Positions 31,601 to 45,955 of a stretch of 64,000 nt of DNA are shown piece by piece; the first letter of the stretch is position 1; every line of letters starts with the position of its first letter. A program made the position numbers and the translations under genes. This DNA comes from Dimorphilus gyrociliatus (lineage: Eukaryota > Animalia > Annelida): contig CAJFCJ010000002.1 in assembly GCA_904063045.1 (NCBI GenBank), positions 3,405,891-3,469,890 of the forward strand, given 5' to 3'. Below the pieces are notes generated by a model. The model saw nothing but the letters and a program-made list of their open reading frames with translations. It was not told the DNA's origin and made no database searches.

Positions 31601-31856
31601 GTTTTTATTTTTATACAATTCACAAAGGGAAATAGAGGGCGAAAGAGAGAGTGAGGGAGAGGGAGAGAGTGGGGCGAGGGAAGAAGTAAGTGAGAGATAG
31701 GGATAGACCGCTATGTTTCATTTTTCTTAAAAATAAAAAAGAGTATTTAAATAGCCCTTATCTTAAAAACTTGGTAGTATTCTTTAACTTCTTTTTTATA
31801 GCATTGATGAAAAATAAAATAAAAAAAGAAGAAAAGATAATATGACCTTATGGCAT

Positions 31857-31904
<48 letters not shown>

Positions 31905-32045
31905 TTCTCTCTGACTTTCCCGTATCCTCTATAAGATTAATGCTTTTGAAAAGTTATTGATTTAATAAGTTATCTGTAAAAAGTTTAGTTGGATTTTTTC
32001 TATTAGTACTTGTATCTTCTTTTTTTTACAAAAAAAGAAGGAGAA

Positions 32046-32085
<40 letters not shown>

Positions 32086-35000
32086 AGAAAGAAAGAATGA
32101 GAGAAAAGACGTAAATTTAATTTTGTAATTAAATTATGCAGTATGTTGACATTTTTAAGAAAAGAAATATAAAATTTTCATTAATTATAAATAAAGCTGT
32201 CATATAGAGTCAAATATTCTCTCTTTTTTCGGGTTCATAAAATGGCCTTTGTATAAATATATTTAATCGTCAAGTTAAATATCGAATTATTCGGATAGAC
32301 ATAATCTTCGAGTGTCATAAATTCCCAATGGGAAATATTAGTCTTTCAACACCAGATGGTATCTTCTATTATGATAGATGAAAATATTATAAATACTTTT
32401 CATATTCACTCAGTTGTATTTTCTGGAGGGAGGAAAGAAAAATTGAAAATAAATTACTTAAGACTTAATTTATGTTTTTTAATGCAACCATTATAGATAA
32501 TGACTTTGGAATGAATAATTTCTGACATTTAACATTTATAGGTCATAATTCTTATTTATGATAGGTAAAGAATGAATATATTTTTTGTTTTTAATATATA
32601 TATATATATATATTTAAGTACATACATTATTTATGAATTCTTTTCACTCATGAGAAAAACATTTAGTGTTGTAATACAATAGAATATCTATACATAAAAT
32701 TGTGAACTAAACAGATAATCTTATAATCTTTTAATCTTCTAACATGTTTTTGATGTCTACTAAATATTTTTTCTATCTGTATTTCTTTCAGCTATTCATA
32801 ATTTTGATGCTATTAAGTTTGCTTCTTATCGTACGGCTTCAAAGCTACGTTACGTCCAAAAAAGAACTTTTCTTCACCAAATCGATATTTGGAACGTTAT
32901 TGAAGCGTTTCGAGAGGGAAATCTCAATGCTCCTGCTAGACCGGATATTTTATCGATAAACTACGCTATAAGCGTTTTAAATAGGTTATATAGTCAGTTA
33001 AAATTACGGTAAGTTTATTATTATTCATAAGTTGTAAGAATGGCTTTTAGGGGAAAAATCTATTCGCTTTGTAGAGTTCATTTTTAATTAATCGCATTAG
33101 TTCTATTAATCTTCGATATAAAAATCCAGATGTTGCTGTATATTTGAAAACAAAAGAGCAAAAGTCATTCAACAACATTTTGTTGATTTTCAATACTTTT
33201 CTCTCTTTTCTTTCGCTGTCTTATTTATACATAGAAGACAACAAAGCTATCTTTTTCCATTATTATCTTATATCGTAATATTTCAATAATCCTTTTCCAT
33301 TTTAATTAGGCTTATTTAGATCTATTAAAAAAAATATAAAAGAGTAAGGAATTTGATAAGGATATTAGAGAGTGAGATTTGGTGTTTACTTCTAATTAGA
33401 ATTGACGGAAACCAAGTGTGTAAGAGATTGCGCATGAGAAAATAAGATAAGATAAAATGTTGTTTTGGACAAGGAATGCTTTCTTTATAGCTAATCAGTC
33501 AATTTTTCCCAAAGGGAAAAAAAGAATAGAGTAAAAGGCAAGGGAATATTTTCACATATATTACCATTTTCCTTTATTAAAAATGGCATAAATAAGAAGG
33601 AGAAAGACAGACAGAGAGAGAGAGAGAGAGAGAAAGAAGAAAAGAGATAGTGAGAGAGTAGAATTTTAGTAGCAGTTTAATATGGCATAGAATACTGTAT
33701 AATGATATAAAGGCATGTTTTTAGAATACATTATACAAGTGTAATAATTTTTTTGAACAGCTGCAATAGTCATAATATCTTCAACTTGTCTAAAAGATGC
33801 TCATAAGCACCTTAACTTCTGCCTTTTATCGATTTTATCTCGATGAAACATATAAACTAAAAGAAATATAAAATGAAATATTGTATAAACGACAATATAA
33901 ATCATACATATTTACATATAAACTATATGTGTATAGTATGTATATTTAGACAGGTATATGTCTTTTATAGCATCAAAGTTAATTATTTACTTTTTTAGGT
34001 TTTGATTACACTTTGAAGCTGAAGAAAGACTTATTTAGTTTACTTCTTCTTTACCCAAAATCCATAGTAGGCTTAGGGAACATAGAGAATACTCGACCCC
34101 AAATAGGAAAAAGTTGTAAGCTAATGATAGGAAGATAATGTTGTATTAGTAGCCTACCTATTGATTTTCTTGAGCAAAGTGAAAAGATCCTTTTTCTATC
34201 TCTTTCTCGTTATTTAAATCAAGAAAGTAATGTTACTGCTTTGATGAATTATGAATTATTTAGAGAATAAGTAGACAAGTGAAGGTCAAGAATAACCTTA
34301 TGAACTTTAAGCAATTCTAATACTTTATTTATTTTAGATAAGGGAAAGAAACTATCAAATTCTTAGCTTTTTCAATTGTTGCATAATATTACGCTAAGGA
34401 ATGGACACATGCTGAAAGATTATTTTTTCTATAGAATAAGTTCTCTTTTGGACTTTTCACCGGAACAATGTATAGAAAAACTAGCATCTATACTCTACGG
34501 TGCTTTCGCCTCTCAGGATAATATCCTCCGTACAAATGCCTTTAAAGTCGGTTTAGTTTGTTTGTGCAATAGTAAATTATCGGATAAACTTCGATGTAAG
34601 TTTGTCTTTTTACTTTATCCTAGAGATGGCGTCGTCTAGGATGGCAGATGTCGCCAGCTTACCGGCTAATAAACATAAAACTCCCTCTTCACATGGAAAC
34701 TGTTAAAAAAGATTGATTTTTTCAGATCTTTTCACTCTGTGCGCCGATTCGGACGGCTCCTTAGATCGACATGCCTTCGATCAAGTTATTCAAGATTTAC
34801 TAGCCGTTCCCAGTTGTTTGAGAGAAGCACCTTCTTTCGGCTATTCCGCGGCTATTGCTGCTAGCTGTTTTGCAGAGGTAATAAAAAATTATCAATTATT
34901 CACGGCGCGTACAACTCGAATATTTCAACGAAAGATAGTCTAATTCATTATTCTTAATATTTGCTATAAAGTTCTGTAAAATATTCAAAGCTGAAACAAT

Positions 35001-38000
35001 AGTAAGTTTCAATTTTCAAATTCTACTAAAGGACATATTACTTTATATACAATAAGATATAAGGACATGGAAAAAATTTACTTGCGTTATCCTTCTTTTG
35101 TCTCTTAAAGTAAGGTCAGACACTGATTGATGCATATTTCTCTTTTCAATTAATATGAGGGAAATCAACGTAAATTCGAATGATTTTAGTCTGAAAACGC
35201 AAACCTAATAGATCTGAATAAATTAAATTTCACCCAATAAATTCTTCAATGATGTATATATTGTTGGGAATTTAGCAGCGTATCAATAACAGACTGTGTT
35301 AGAGAAGGTTAATACGGTATTCCAATTATTTGGAGCTCTGTAAGATTTAACTTATATTTTCGTGTCTTTCAGTATTACATATATTTGAAAAAAAACTAAC
35401 CTAATTATTTCCTTATTCCCTTTTTCACCCTGTCCAAGTAGGCTGAAAGTAGAGACTTACATAAGAAATGGCTGTTAATTTAGGATTCAGATAGAGTAAG
35501 GAAATAAATGGGTTCTTATCGAGATCTATTATCCGCTGATTGAAGTTGTAGCTTGATTTGAAAAGATAAGATTTCGTGTTATAAGATAAATTTTGTTGAG
35601 CTTTTCACAAAGAATGTCATTCTTAGAACGAGCACTTAACGTATAAATTATAACTGTATAACAAAACGATAACTTGGTTATTATTATCATTATACTATAG
35701 TCTACAATAGCTGGAATTGATTTATACCAATATATATATAGCTTGTACATTACAAGGTGATCTATTAAAGTACAGTAGTTGATAATTATTGCTAGAGTTA
35801 ATATAATATACAGAAGTACAAAATTATACGTTTACTTGGCAAATAAAATAGTTCTTGTGTTTCCTTTGTGTCCATTAGACGCATGGGCGAGAAAAAGTAC
35901 GTCCTGCAGCAAAAATTGAGCGTATCATAGGTTTTGTCAATATTTTAGTATAACAATTACTGACACGGCGATAATAAGCTAAATTACTTTTTATATTTCA
36001 TTGCAATTCTCTCTTTCTCTCTCTCTATTTTTTTTCTACTGTGTATAAAATATATTTCATCTATTTGGTTTTCTGATTCATTCTAATATACTTGATTCAT
36101 CATCCCTTCGTATGACTAAATTGATATCTTTAAGCTTACTCACTAAATATAAACTCGGTTGGTGTCATTTTGTTAAAATCTTTTTGAGAGATTTACTAAA
36201 AGGGAAAATTAGCTATTTCAGTTTTCCTTCTCCTCTTTTCTATACTTAGTCTTAAAAAAACTGTATTGTTACTTACTTAAAAAAAAAAAATAATTACTTT
36301 TATTGTTGGGAAAGACTCTAAAAATGTCTTACAGTTAACCCTTTATTGGACTGTAACGAATGGCATAGAAGCTTAGAATGACTGTACGGAAAGTGTTTAC
36401 CAATTTACGTAGGCTTTGTCGGCTCTTAAAGACTGTATACTGGAAAAAAATCATGCTTATTTGAGAAATCTGTCCACTTCTTCTCCCTCAATTCATTCCA
36501 CTCCTTTTCTATCAAGCCTTATCATCAATAACAAATCGAGAATTTTCAATACCGTTTCTTTCGTCCAATCATTAATTAAACGCAAGAAAATTTTTACTCA
36601 TGATATCGTTTCTAGAGTGTAATTATATCTGTCTCGGAAATAGACCATCTTTCAGTCATAAAAATGCTCAGTCACGTGACCTCAAATGAGGTAATCGATT
36701 ACAGCGAAAACGCCTATATAACGGACCGTCACTTTTTTCCTCCTTACAGCACCAGTCAGTTGATCTCCCGCAATTTTTAGAAACTCTCTGTACCTCAACT
36801 AACCCACCGCAATTTCTTAGTTGGTTACACGTACTTTGGCGGATTTCGTCTGCAGAAAGCGGTAATTAATTTATCTGTTTGCCAAGGTTCGTAATCGATT
36901 TATATCGATCTTTTACATTTTTTGCAGTTTCACACACGAATAGCGTCTGCCAAGTTTGTAATAGACGCGATTTTAACGGATTGCGTTATTTATGCAATAT
37001 ATGTAGTGGTAAATATACTCTATGTCAAAGTTGTTTTTGGAGAGGAAGAACTTCTAAGAATCACGAAGCGTCCCATCCAACAACTGAATTTCAAACATCT
37101 TCAAAAAAGTCTGAAAAATCACCAGTGAGATCTTTATCGAACTCTTTAAAAAGATCTTTCAGCTGTTCGTCTAGTAAACATCAACCGGTAGTTACTTTGG
37201 CTTCGGAATGTAATGAGAAGCGGGTAGACTTGACGCACGTCGTTCCAGCAACTCCATTACCTAAAATGATGAATGGCATAAAGGTATTACCCGAAGATAA
37301 GGCTGACGATGAACACAGACTTATCGCTAGATACGCCGCTCGTTTGGCTGCAGATGCTGAAAGACCGTCCAGATCAACTAGTGAATTAAATGCGGCGTCT
37401 ACTTGTAACCGGGCGCAGCGAGAACTGGTAGCCGAACTTGAGGCAAAAAATAAACAAATTCTCGCACAAATTGAAAGGGTAAGTTTTTTCTTTCTCTATC
37501 TATTTTTGATAAGATAAAATTAGTTTACAATTTTATATCTTTTAAAAATCCTTGTGGGAGAATTTTTTTAGAATACTGAAGATACTGTAAGAGTAAAAAA
37601 GTTACTAAAGCGTTTAGAAATAATAAGAGGTAGAGAGATCCACTCTTTCCGCCCCATCCCCTCCCTTTCTTTTCATTTCTATGCAAACCATTTTTCATGG
37701 TTTTCAAATTATTGATTACTTGAAGAAGAGAAAATCTAATTGTATGAAGTTGATCACGTGACTCTGACAAGTATCTTTCATCCGTTTTGTATATAGATTA
37801 GTTGCAAAACAGCCAAAACATACTAAGTCTTCAACTTCAGTTTGCCCTATACTCATTTAATCTTTTTAAAGCATTAACAAGAATGTTTAATTGACTATTT
37901 TAAAAGTGAAAGTATTCTCAGAGTGCAAAATTAATAACACTTAATTAACAGTAGGAGTACATAAATTAATTAGAAACAGTTTACTAAGTTCTTTTCATTT

Positions 38001-40955
38001 AGTATGAACAAAAACTGAATTAGAGTTCCTTCTATTCTTTTGCTCTGTCAGTTTTACAACCTATTGTTGAAAGATATAAAAGTTTCTCACACATACATAC
38101 AAACATTTTCTCTCTCTCTCTCTCTCTCTCTGACACACACACACACATACTCTCCCTTTCTATTCTTCTTATAAGTTCTCCTTTCTTATTCATAGAGTAA
38201 TCTACTGTATTTCTTTCGGGTCAATTAACATGGCTTTGAGCTTCCTTAGTAATAGAATTGAAAGTTTCCTTCCTGTAATTCCAATCTAAATATTTCTTTT
38301 ACGGAATAAGAACAAAATTGGTATTTGATCTAGTAAACAAAACTAATATTTCCATATTTTTCTTTAAAACAAGCTTGTACAAGTAGCACTTGAAATCTTA
38401 AAAATGGAAATATTTCTAAAGATCGATAATGCAAAATAATTGATTGAAATTTCCATTGAGATAATCTCAGTTATTTCTTTCAACTAATCGATCGATAGTT
38501 TAAAATTTTTCCTATTGCAAGTTTATATACATATATTTTTTTTTTACTCTTTTCCCTTTTTCCCTTTTTTCCTTTTTTTTTTCCTTTTTCCTTTTTTCCC
38601 TCTCTTTTTATTTTAATATGGGATTTCGAGTCCATTACACGTTTCGGCTTAGTGTTTTTTTTTCTTCTATTTTTAGTAATTCCCCAATTGATTTAAAAAT
38701 ATTTGAGATCTATAAAAAAAATATGTTTCTATGAATTATAGTGTATTTTTAGAGATAATAATAAAAATTGTATATAAATTCGAATGTGATCCATTAATAG
38801 TGAATGTAAAAATAGTGTCTTATAGGTAAAGAAAAGTATGTTTTCTCATGATAAGATCCAGTTAATTAATTGATTTCAATGAAAATTACTTTTAGTCTCT
38901 TCTCCTTCTTAATATTTTATATTATTGAATTACTTAAATTGAATCATCCATATTGGCTTAGAACATTAAACATTACCATGGTTACCAATGGATTTAACTT
39001 AGAATACTAAGAGAAGACAGCCTTTAATCTATAGGATATTAAATAAAGAACAGAAGGTAAAGAAAGAATTGTCAGATAATAGATGATAATACAAAATATA
39101 TAAATCATAGAATAATGACTCCCTTTCCTTGAAAGAAAAAAAGGTAAAACAATCGATGTAAGAATGTTTTATTGGCGTTTCACAAAGTATTATTCGTAAG
39201 GAATTGACATATTTCTCCGATTTTTGTTTTGTTCTTTTCCCATTTCAGATTTATTATATTTTATTTGGAAACTATTGAAAAACTATATAAAAGGTTTAGT
39301 AAGAATATAAGAAAAATTCTAATACATATAATAAAACAATTTAAAAATTCTTTGATGATATTGAAAACGAAAGAAAACAGTAGGATTTTCTTAAATGTTT
39401 ACATTCCTTAGGTTTTTTTTTATTAAAGTTTTCTAGTTGAAGATTGTTACCAACCTCCTTACTTTCGCATCAATACTAAATGCAATGTAAAAGTCGATGG
39501 TGTAGACATAAACGCAATATAAATGGGTTAAGACAAACGAGTTTTAGTGCGAATAAAGTTAGTACATTTTAGGTACAGTTCACACTGAAAAAGGTAACTT
39601 TAAATTATTATTAAAGTATATTTCTTTATAAATTCAACTGTTAAAATAGAGTTTATGTAACATTTTTCACTCTTATTCCATAAATTAAATACTTTTATGG
39701 CTGTTTTAAATTCAAAGTCCCATTTAAGTTCTTATAAGCTTCTTTATTATTATTTGATAATTTTACATGAATATTAAATTCTTAGTTATTTGTCACATAG
39801 TAGAAGACCTTTCAGCTCTTTCATTTCCTTTCATTTCCCTTTTGATTTTCTCTTCTTATCAAAGGCTCTTTTTTTCTTCTTTTTATTCTCTTCTTCATTA
39901 TTTTTACCATTTTTATAATGTTTATAGTATTGTTTGAATATTATATACTTGACATTTTAAACTTAATAGTAACGAGAGTAAGGCTGTAAATCTTTTAGGC
40001 TTACAAACATTAATCCCTTACGCAGTTGCATTAGAAATTCTTTTGTAAAAATATAAATAATTAATGAAGATTTTTCACTAGACTGACACGCTTTAAAAAG
40101 GTCAGTAAATTCTCGCCAGAGATACTCGAAGTAGCGAATTTTTAATGATGCATCTCAGTAGGAAAATATCTTGTTTTTATAAGATATCTATGATTTAAGA
40201 ATATACAGTAGTTGAGAGGTTTCTTTTCTTTTCTTCTTATCTTGAAACATGTACACTTTCGGTGATATTCCAATGAATATATATTAGCTATTTAAAAGTT
40301 TTAACGAATGTTTTTATTGATGAGATTTCTAAATTTTTCTCAGGTTAAGAGCGAAGCAAATTCTGATCCAAATCCAACGCTACTAGCAGAACTACGAATT
40401 TTAAGGTCGAGAAGAGATGAGTTGGAAAATCGAATGTGTGCTCTGCAAGAGTCCCGCCGAGAATTGATGATACAACTGGAAAGCTTGATGACACTGCTGA
40501 AAACTTCCCCAAGTCATAGTCATGGAAGTCAATCGAATGCTGGCCATATGTCACCAAAATCACCCGTTAGGTCAGAAGGATCGAGATCTTTACGAAATGA
40601 CCTTCTCCTAGCTGCTGATAGTTTGACAAATGCTATGTCTAGTTTGGTCAGAGATTTGCATTCGGGAGAGTCCGACGAGGAAGATGAAGAAGACGAAGTC
40701 AATTGGATGAAGGAAAAAGAATATGAAGAACAATTTATGATGGAACTAGCCGCCAGGGAAGCACCGCCTCAGGAAGAGAAAGAATTGTACGACAATGAAC
40801 CCTCAGCTTTAGAAAGGAATGTTCTATTAGAAGATTTACAAACAAAAATAATATCAGACGATGTAGAAACAGATGCAGAAAGTTATATAAGGACAGACGA
40901 TGATGATGATGGAACTGATTGGGAAGAAGCAATGAGAAGATGGGTAAATCGATGA
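28150..40955 (+). CDS. DTNB/dyb: Dystrobrevin, ~672 aa; exons 28150-28234, 31162-31215, 31341-31415, 32792-33008, 34435-34595, 34726-34877, 36750-36861, 36928-37478, 40344-40955
   Basis: [33 protein letters not shown] (dystrobrevin EF1), EAPSFGY, ZZ finger CQVC...YLCNIC...LCQSCFWRG...H...H, syntrophin-binding [17 protein letters not shown], two coiled coils, no WW domain. Spliced length 2019 nt, in frame. The first three small exons are less certain than the rest. Confidence 0.9.
28490..28680. repeat. Compound (AT)n/(GT)n microsatellite region
   Basis: (TA)n at 28490-28512 and 28568-28585; (TG)n at 28626-28652. Confidence 0.9.
31861..32082. repeat. (CT)n ... (GA)n inverted repeat in a dystrobrevin intron
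   Basis: Left arm (CT)21-ATTTCTC (31861-31909), right arm GAGAAAT-(AG)17 (32041-32082); about 42 bp complementary including the interruption. Confidence 0.8.
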
Positions 40956-43900
40956 GTAGAATAATTATGGATAAAAAATTTTTTTTAACATTCTCCGTTT
41001 CAAAGTGAAAAAATTTTCTTAACTGGCTTACACACAGAAAAGTTGTAAAGCTATTTAAATATAAAAAACATGCATTTTTTTTTGTTTGTGATAAAAAAAG
41101 AAAAAGTACGTGTTCGTCTATGTAATATAGGAATATATGAAATAAAATCCAATCAAAAGAAGTATACTCTATACAAAAGTATATGGAACAAATATAATGC
41201 TATATAAATTTACTTCCGTGTTAACAATGTTATTTAAAATAGGAAATATACATATTATGTTTAGGTTATGTAAAAGAGGACAACGCCAAAAAGACTTATC
41301 TCAGCTCAACGTTTCAGTGATAAATTATTATTAACATTATACTTGACAGGAAAAGGCAATGCTCTGAATCAAGGATAAAAGAGTAAAATTTCAGGCTAAC
41401 TGAACCCAATGACATTGCTTAATATAGCGTGAATATAAGCAAGTTTTGCTTAGAAAATTTTACCGTTTCCGTTCTATATCACCTTCTGTCGATTTCTTAA
41501 CAAATTAGACTAAAGAATACACTTAATTAAAAATCATCACCTGTTGGAAAAAGTCTTTTCAAAGTTTGTAGCATATTTTTATTTGCCAAGCGTGAAGCTC
41601 TTCTTTATAAAATCTAACAATGATTTCTTAATGCTATTTTTACACTTAAGCGTCATTTTTTCCAAAGAATTCTTCATTAAATAGGTAGATAACTGCGGAG
41701 ATAGCAAATACACTTTTTTTTTATATAAAAACATCTATTGTAAATTTTGTGTATGTAAACGGGAGAAAAATGGAATATCAGGTCCCTTCTGCAACAAAAT
41801 TTTACCCTTTTAGGTCCAGTGCTCTCGGAGAAATTTCCTATTAAATAAAATTACTAAAAACGTGAATCTACTCGGAAATAAGTAAAAATTCCTTAGAGTT
41901 ATATTAGCTTGTAAATTTTAAGAGTAAATTCTCTTTCTATTTTGTTATTTTCCCTTTAATGACAAGTCAATTTTTTTCCAATTCGTTTGAAGCTTTCATT
42001 CGATACGACAGAATACAATAAGACGACGATGCGACGATGTTTATTTACTATACAAAGATTTTCTCATGGCTAAACTTATCAAAAGCTCTTTTTTTCACTG
42101 TATATATTTGTATTTATTAACTTTTTAATTCTGTATCATAATTTATTCAATATATTTTCTTTTAACAAACTTTCATTCTTTTCCTCTACTTTAAAAGAGT
42201 AATTGACATTCAATCCAATAAATTAAATCTAAAAGAGAGTAAGTGTTTCTCAGTTGCAGCAGATATTGGTTAATAAATGATTTATTAATGAAACCATACA
42301 GACGATTGATATACTTTATATTACTTTATATTTGTATAATTTATGTATTAAATGATGTACTGTATTTTTGTCCACAAGTAAAATGTAGGTGAAAAAGAAA
42401 GATTAATACTAATAAAATATTTGAATAAAAAATAGATAATACCTTTTCTCTTTATTTAATTTATTTCCGTTTCTTAATTAAGATAAAATAGATTCTTTAG
42501 CATTTTTTTCCTTTGATGCAATACTAAATTATTTAAGTAGTAATTAGATAGATTGAATTTTGTATACATATCTATACGCTTTATCTATATGTATATATAC
42601 TGTATATATATTAATATAAATCATATATGTGATAACTCAACTAAAAAACAAAAAAGAAAGTTTAAACCAAATGTCACATCATATCCGATTTATGATAAAA
42701 GATATTTATATAGACTTGTTGGCTTGCTGTTTTTCTTAGCAGCAATATTCTGATTATATTATCACTGGCTTGAAATATTACATAAAAACTTTTATATGCT
42801 ATATATCATACAGTTTATATTTAACATATCTTCTCAATTAGCCACATTATTCTCTTTCAAATCTTTAAAGATGCACTTCCCTTATTGTTGATTTCATTAA
42901 GTATCAATACTTTAATAGATAGATAATCTTATTATTAACTTTTCTAATAAAAATCTGAACTAGGCTATAATTCCCTTTATAAAATTACATTTATTAAATA
43001 ATTTATCTTAAGAAGATGAGCAATTTTGGAAATTAATTAACTATTTGCGTTTCTTCATCTCTTTAATTGGAAATTTAATCTTTTGGATTTCGTTGTTTAA
43101 TATATATTGCTCTTCATCTATATCTCCATTTAATTTAGTGCTAATGACTTAAAAATAAGAAAGAAATACGAGAATTATTTTTATTGTTATTACAACGAAG
43201 AGACTGCTTTATCCCAATATTTTAATTAGCTAAGGCTTCTTTTTCTCATATCCTTATAATCTTATTAGCAGTAGGGATTTTTAAGCAGAAAAAAATCAAA
43301 GTTCTACTCGTATACTGTATAAGCAACAGATTTATATAAATTAATATATATGTATATATATACTGTATACTGTGTATTGTATTTGTATTTAACTGGCAGG
43401 TAAGAGATATTAGTTTGTTGTTTTTCACTATGAATGTTTTCTTTGTATAGGATTGAGGAAATAATATAAAATAAAAGTAATAAAATAGGTAAAATAACCC
43501 TAAAAATTAATATATAATTTAATATATAAAACAATTTCGTTTTAAGAATAGATTGTTAGACTCAGAAAATCGAATACAGAAAATTAAATATTTAAATGAA
43601 GGAAAATAAAGGCTGATGAAAAGGGAAAATATATTGTTTATATGCACAGTCTATGCATAAAGGTTGTATGAATACTCAACAAAGGACATTTACCTTTGAA
43701 TAATCTCTATTTATTCTCTCTCTCTCCCTCTCTATCTATCAATCTATCTATCTATCTCTCACTCTCTCTTTGTCAACAGGTGAACGTTCAATTGCATATT
43801 TTCATACATTATTTAAACCATAATATTTTATAAAGGTGACCTAAATAAAAAATAAATACCTGTAGAGAAAGCTAAACTTTAATTTGAAAAAAAAAACATT

Positions 43901-45955
43901 AACTCGTAATAGAACTTTGTAATATAATATAGAAAAAGTAACCCTACTTCACTTTTAAAATAAGAAATATATGCGAAATGAGTATTTGTAATTGTTTTTA
44001 CCTTGTTTATTTTCATTCAGTAATTACAATTTTTTTATTTAATGAAAAGCAAGTTTTATTCATTTCATTAAATAAATTTACAGTGTGAAAAATTAATGTC
44101 TTGCTTTTTATACAGCTGTATAAAATGTATTCTGTTTTGTACTTGATAGAAAGATAGATAGAGAAAAAAAATAAATTTATTTAGTTTGTCAAGTACCACA
44201 AAAGATGAGGTCATAGATGACAGTAATAAAAAAATTTCCCTTCCCTTTTGCCGACATATCATTTATTTTAGCTTATGCTTAGTTAAATAAAATAGAAAAT
44301 GTATAAATGTCCATTCTACATATTCATTTCCTACTGATTTTATGAGTTGTTTTCTTTTTAATTATTTTTATTCTTAAAGATTCGGAAGTTGTTACTGTTG
44401 CTTTTAAAATTGCAGCCGGGAAATAAAAAGAATATTATTAATATATACATGTATATACCGTATACATACAGTATAGTTGCATTATGTAAAAGGTATTTGT
44501 TATTCTCCTCATAGACACTAGATGACACTATCGTCAAAGGTTATTGACAAGTATGCTTTTCCATCACCCTGTATATCCTGTATTACTGAATTTCATTAGC
44601 TGTCTAAAAGGAAGAGATTGGATTTAATCGTGAATGTAAACGTTTATGGGAGAATCGGTTACTGTCAAAACAATTTTGCAGTTTTTGTCTATATGACTAC
44701 TGCAATAAAAAATAAGTTTTATAATTCAACAAATTATCACTATAAAAAAAAGACTGCAATTAATGTTACGTCAACGAGGCTACTTTCGGAAGATGTTAGA
44801 AAACATTCTTGTAATTAGTAAAAGTATAATTGTAAATGAAGACTTATTAAATTGCAGTTGGAGGAAATTTGTAGCTAAGGTCACAAAAATTAAGAATTCT
44901 GAGACCTACAGAAATATTCCTGGTTATTTAACCTAACTATATGACCTATCATTTCCGAAGAAAATTTGTTCTTTATCATATAAGAGCTTACTGGATATAA
45001 AGCTAGAACAGAAACATTATTTTGCAATTATTGTTGTTTAGCATTATTTTTCCTGTGATCTCGTAAAAAATAGGTGCTTGAGAGAAAAAGGACAAAAAAG
45101 ATAGACTGTAAAAAGAACGCATGAGCGGGAAGGAGGGAGAAGAAGAAGGGGAAGAGGTAATGGGGAGATTGACAGAGAGACGGAGATTGGGAGACGAATC
45201 ATTTTATAAAAGAGGCACAAAGAAAGTAATTAAAATTCGAACTCTTTCAATAATCCCCTTGCCCTCTATCATTCTCGTACTGTCTCCTCTACTTTCCCCT
45301 GTGTTCTATTTGGGTTGTTTTACTCTGAATTGTCGATCGATTCCCTTTCAACCAATTCCCTATTCCCTTTCTTTCTCATTCTAGTTTTTTCTCTCTATTA
45401 CGAAAAAAATCTCTAGACTAAAAAGAGAGCAGTGATACTAAAGAAGAATAGTATACTGTATAAACAGGATAACTTGCATCAACAAAATTCTTTCACATTG
45501 ATCCAAACAAACGCTTGTGTTTATCACATCCACAAATGCGTAAAGAGAATAAACATAATAAAATGTTGACCTTAGTTATTTATCTACCCTTTTTTGTAGG
45601 CTCATATAAATGTATACATAGACTGAATATTAGCATACACAAATTATATCTAAATACTTTGTATACAGTATATATATAGCGGAAATATATACGTCTGTAT
45701 CAATTTACGATAACAATTACGAATATATTGAATGAAGTATACGAAAATAGGAATAATAAATATTTTATATTTATCAATAATTCGTCTTTTATTCATATTA
45801 TATTATCAAAATTTATTTTAGTTTGGAATTTATAGCGTCTATAAATCGAACATTGAAATAGAACAACAAAACTAGTGTATTTTTTTTCCATAGTCTTCTA
45901 TTTACATCTTGAACAGTTTTCATAATTTGGTATTTGAAATAGAAATTTTTAGAAT

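Noticed and set aside
44763-44936. 57-codon ORF MLRQRGYFRKMLENIL... between dystrobrevin and nAChR
   Set aside because: Short, no motif, no partner exons; does not affect the cluster interpretation unless shown to be expressed.
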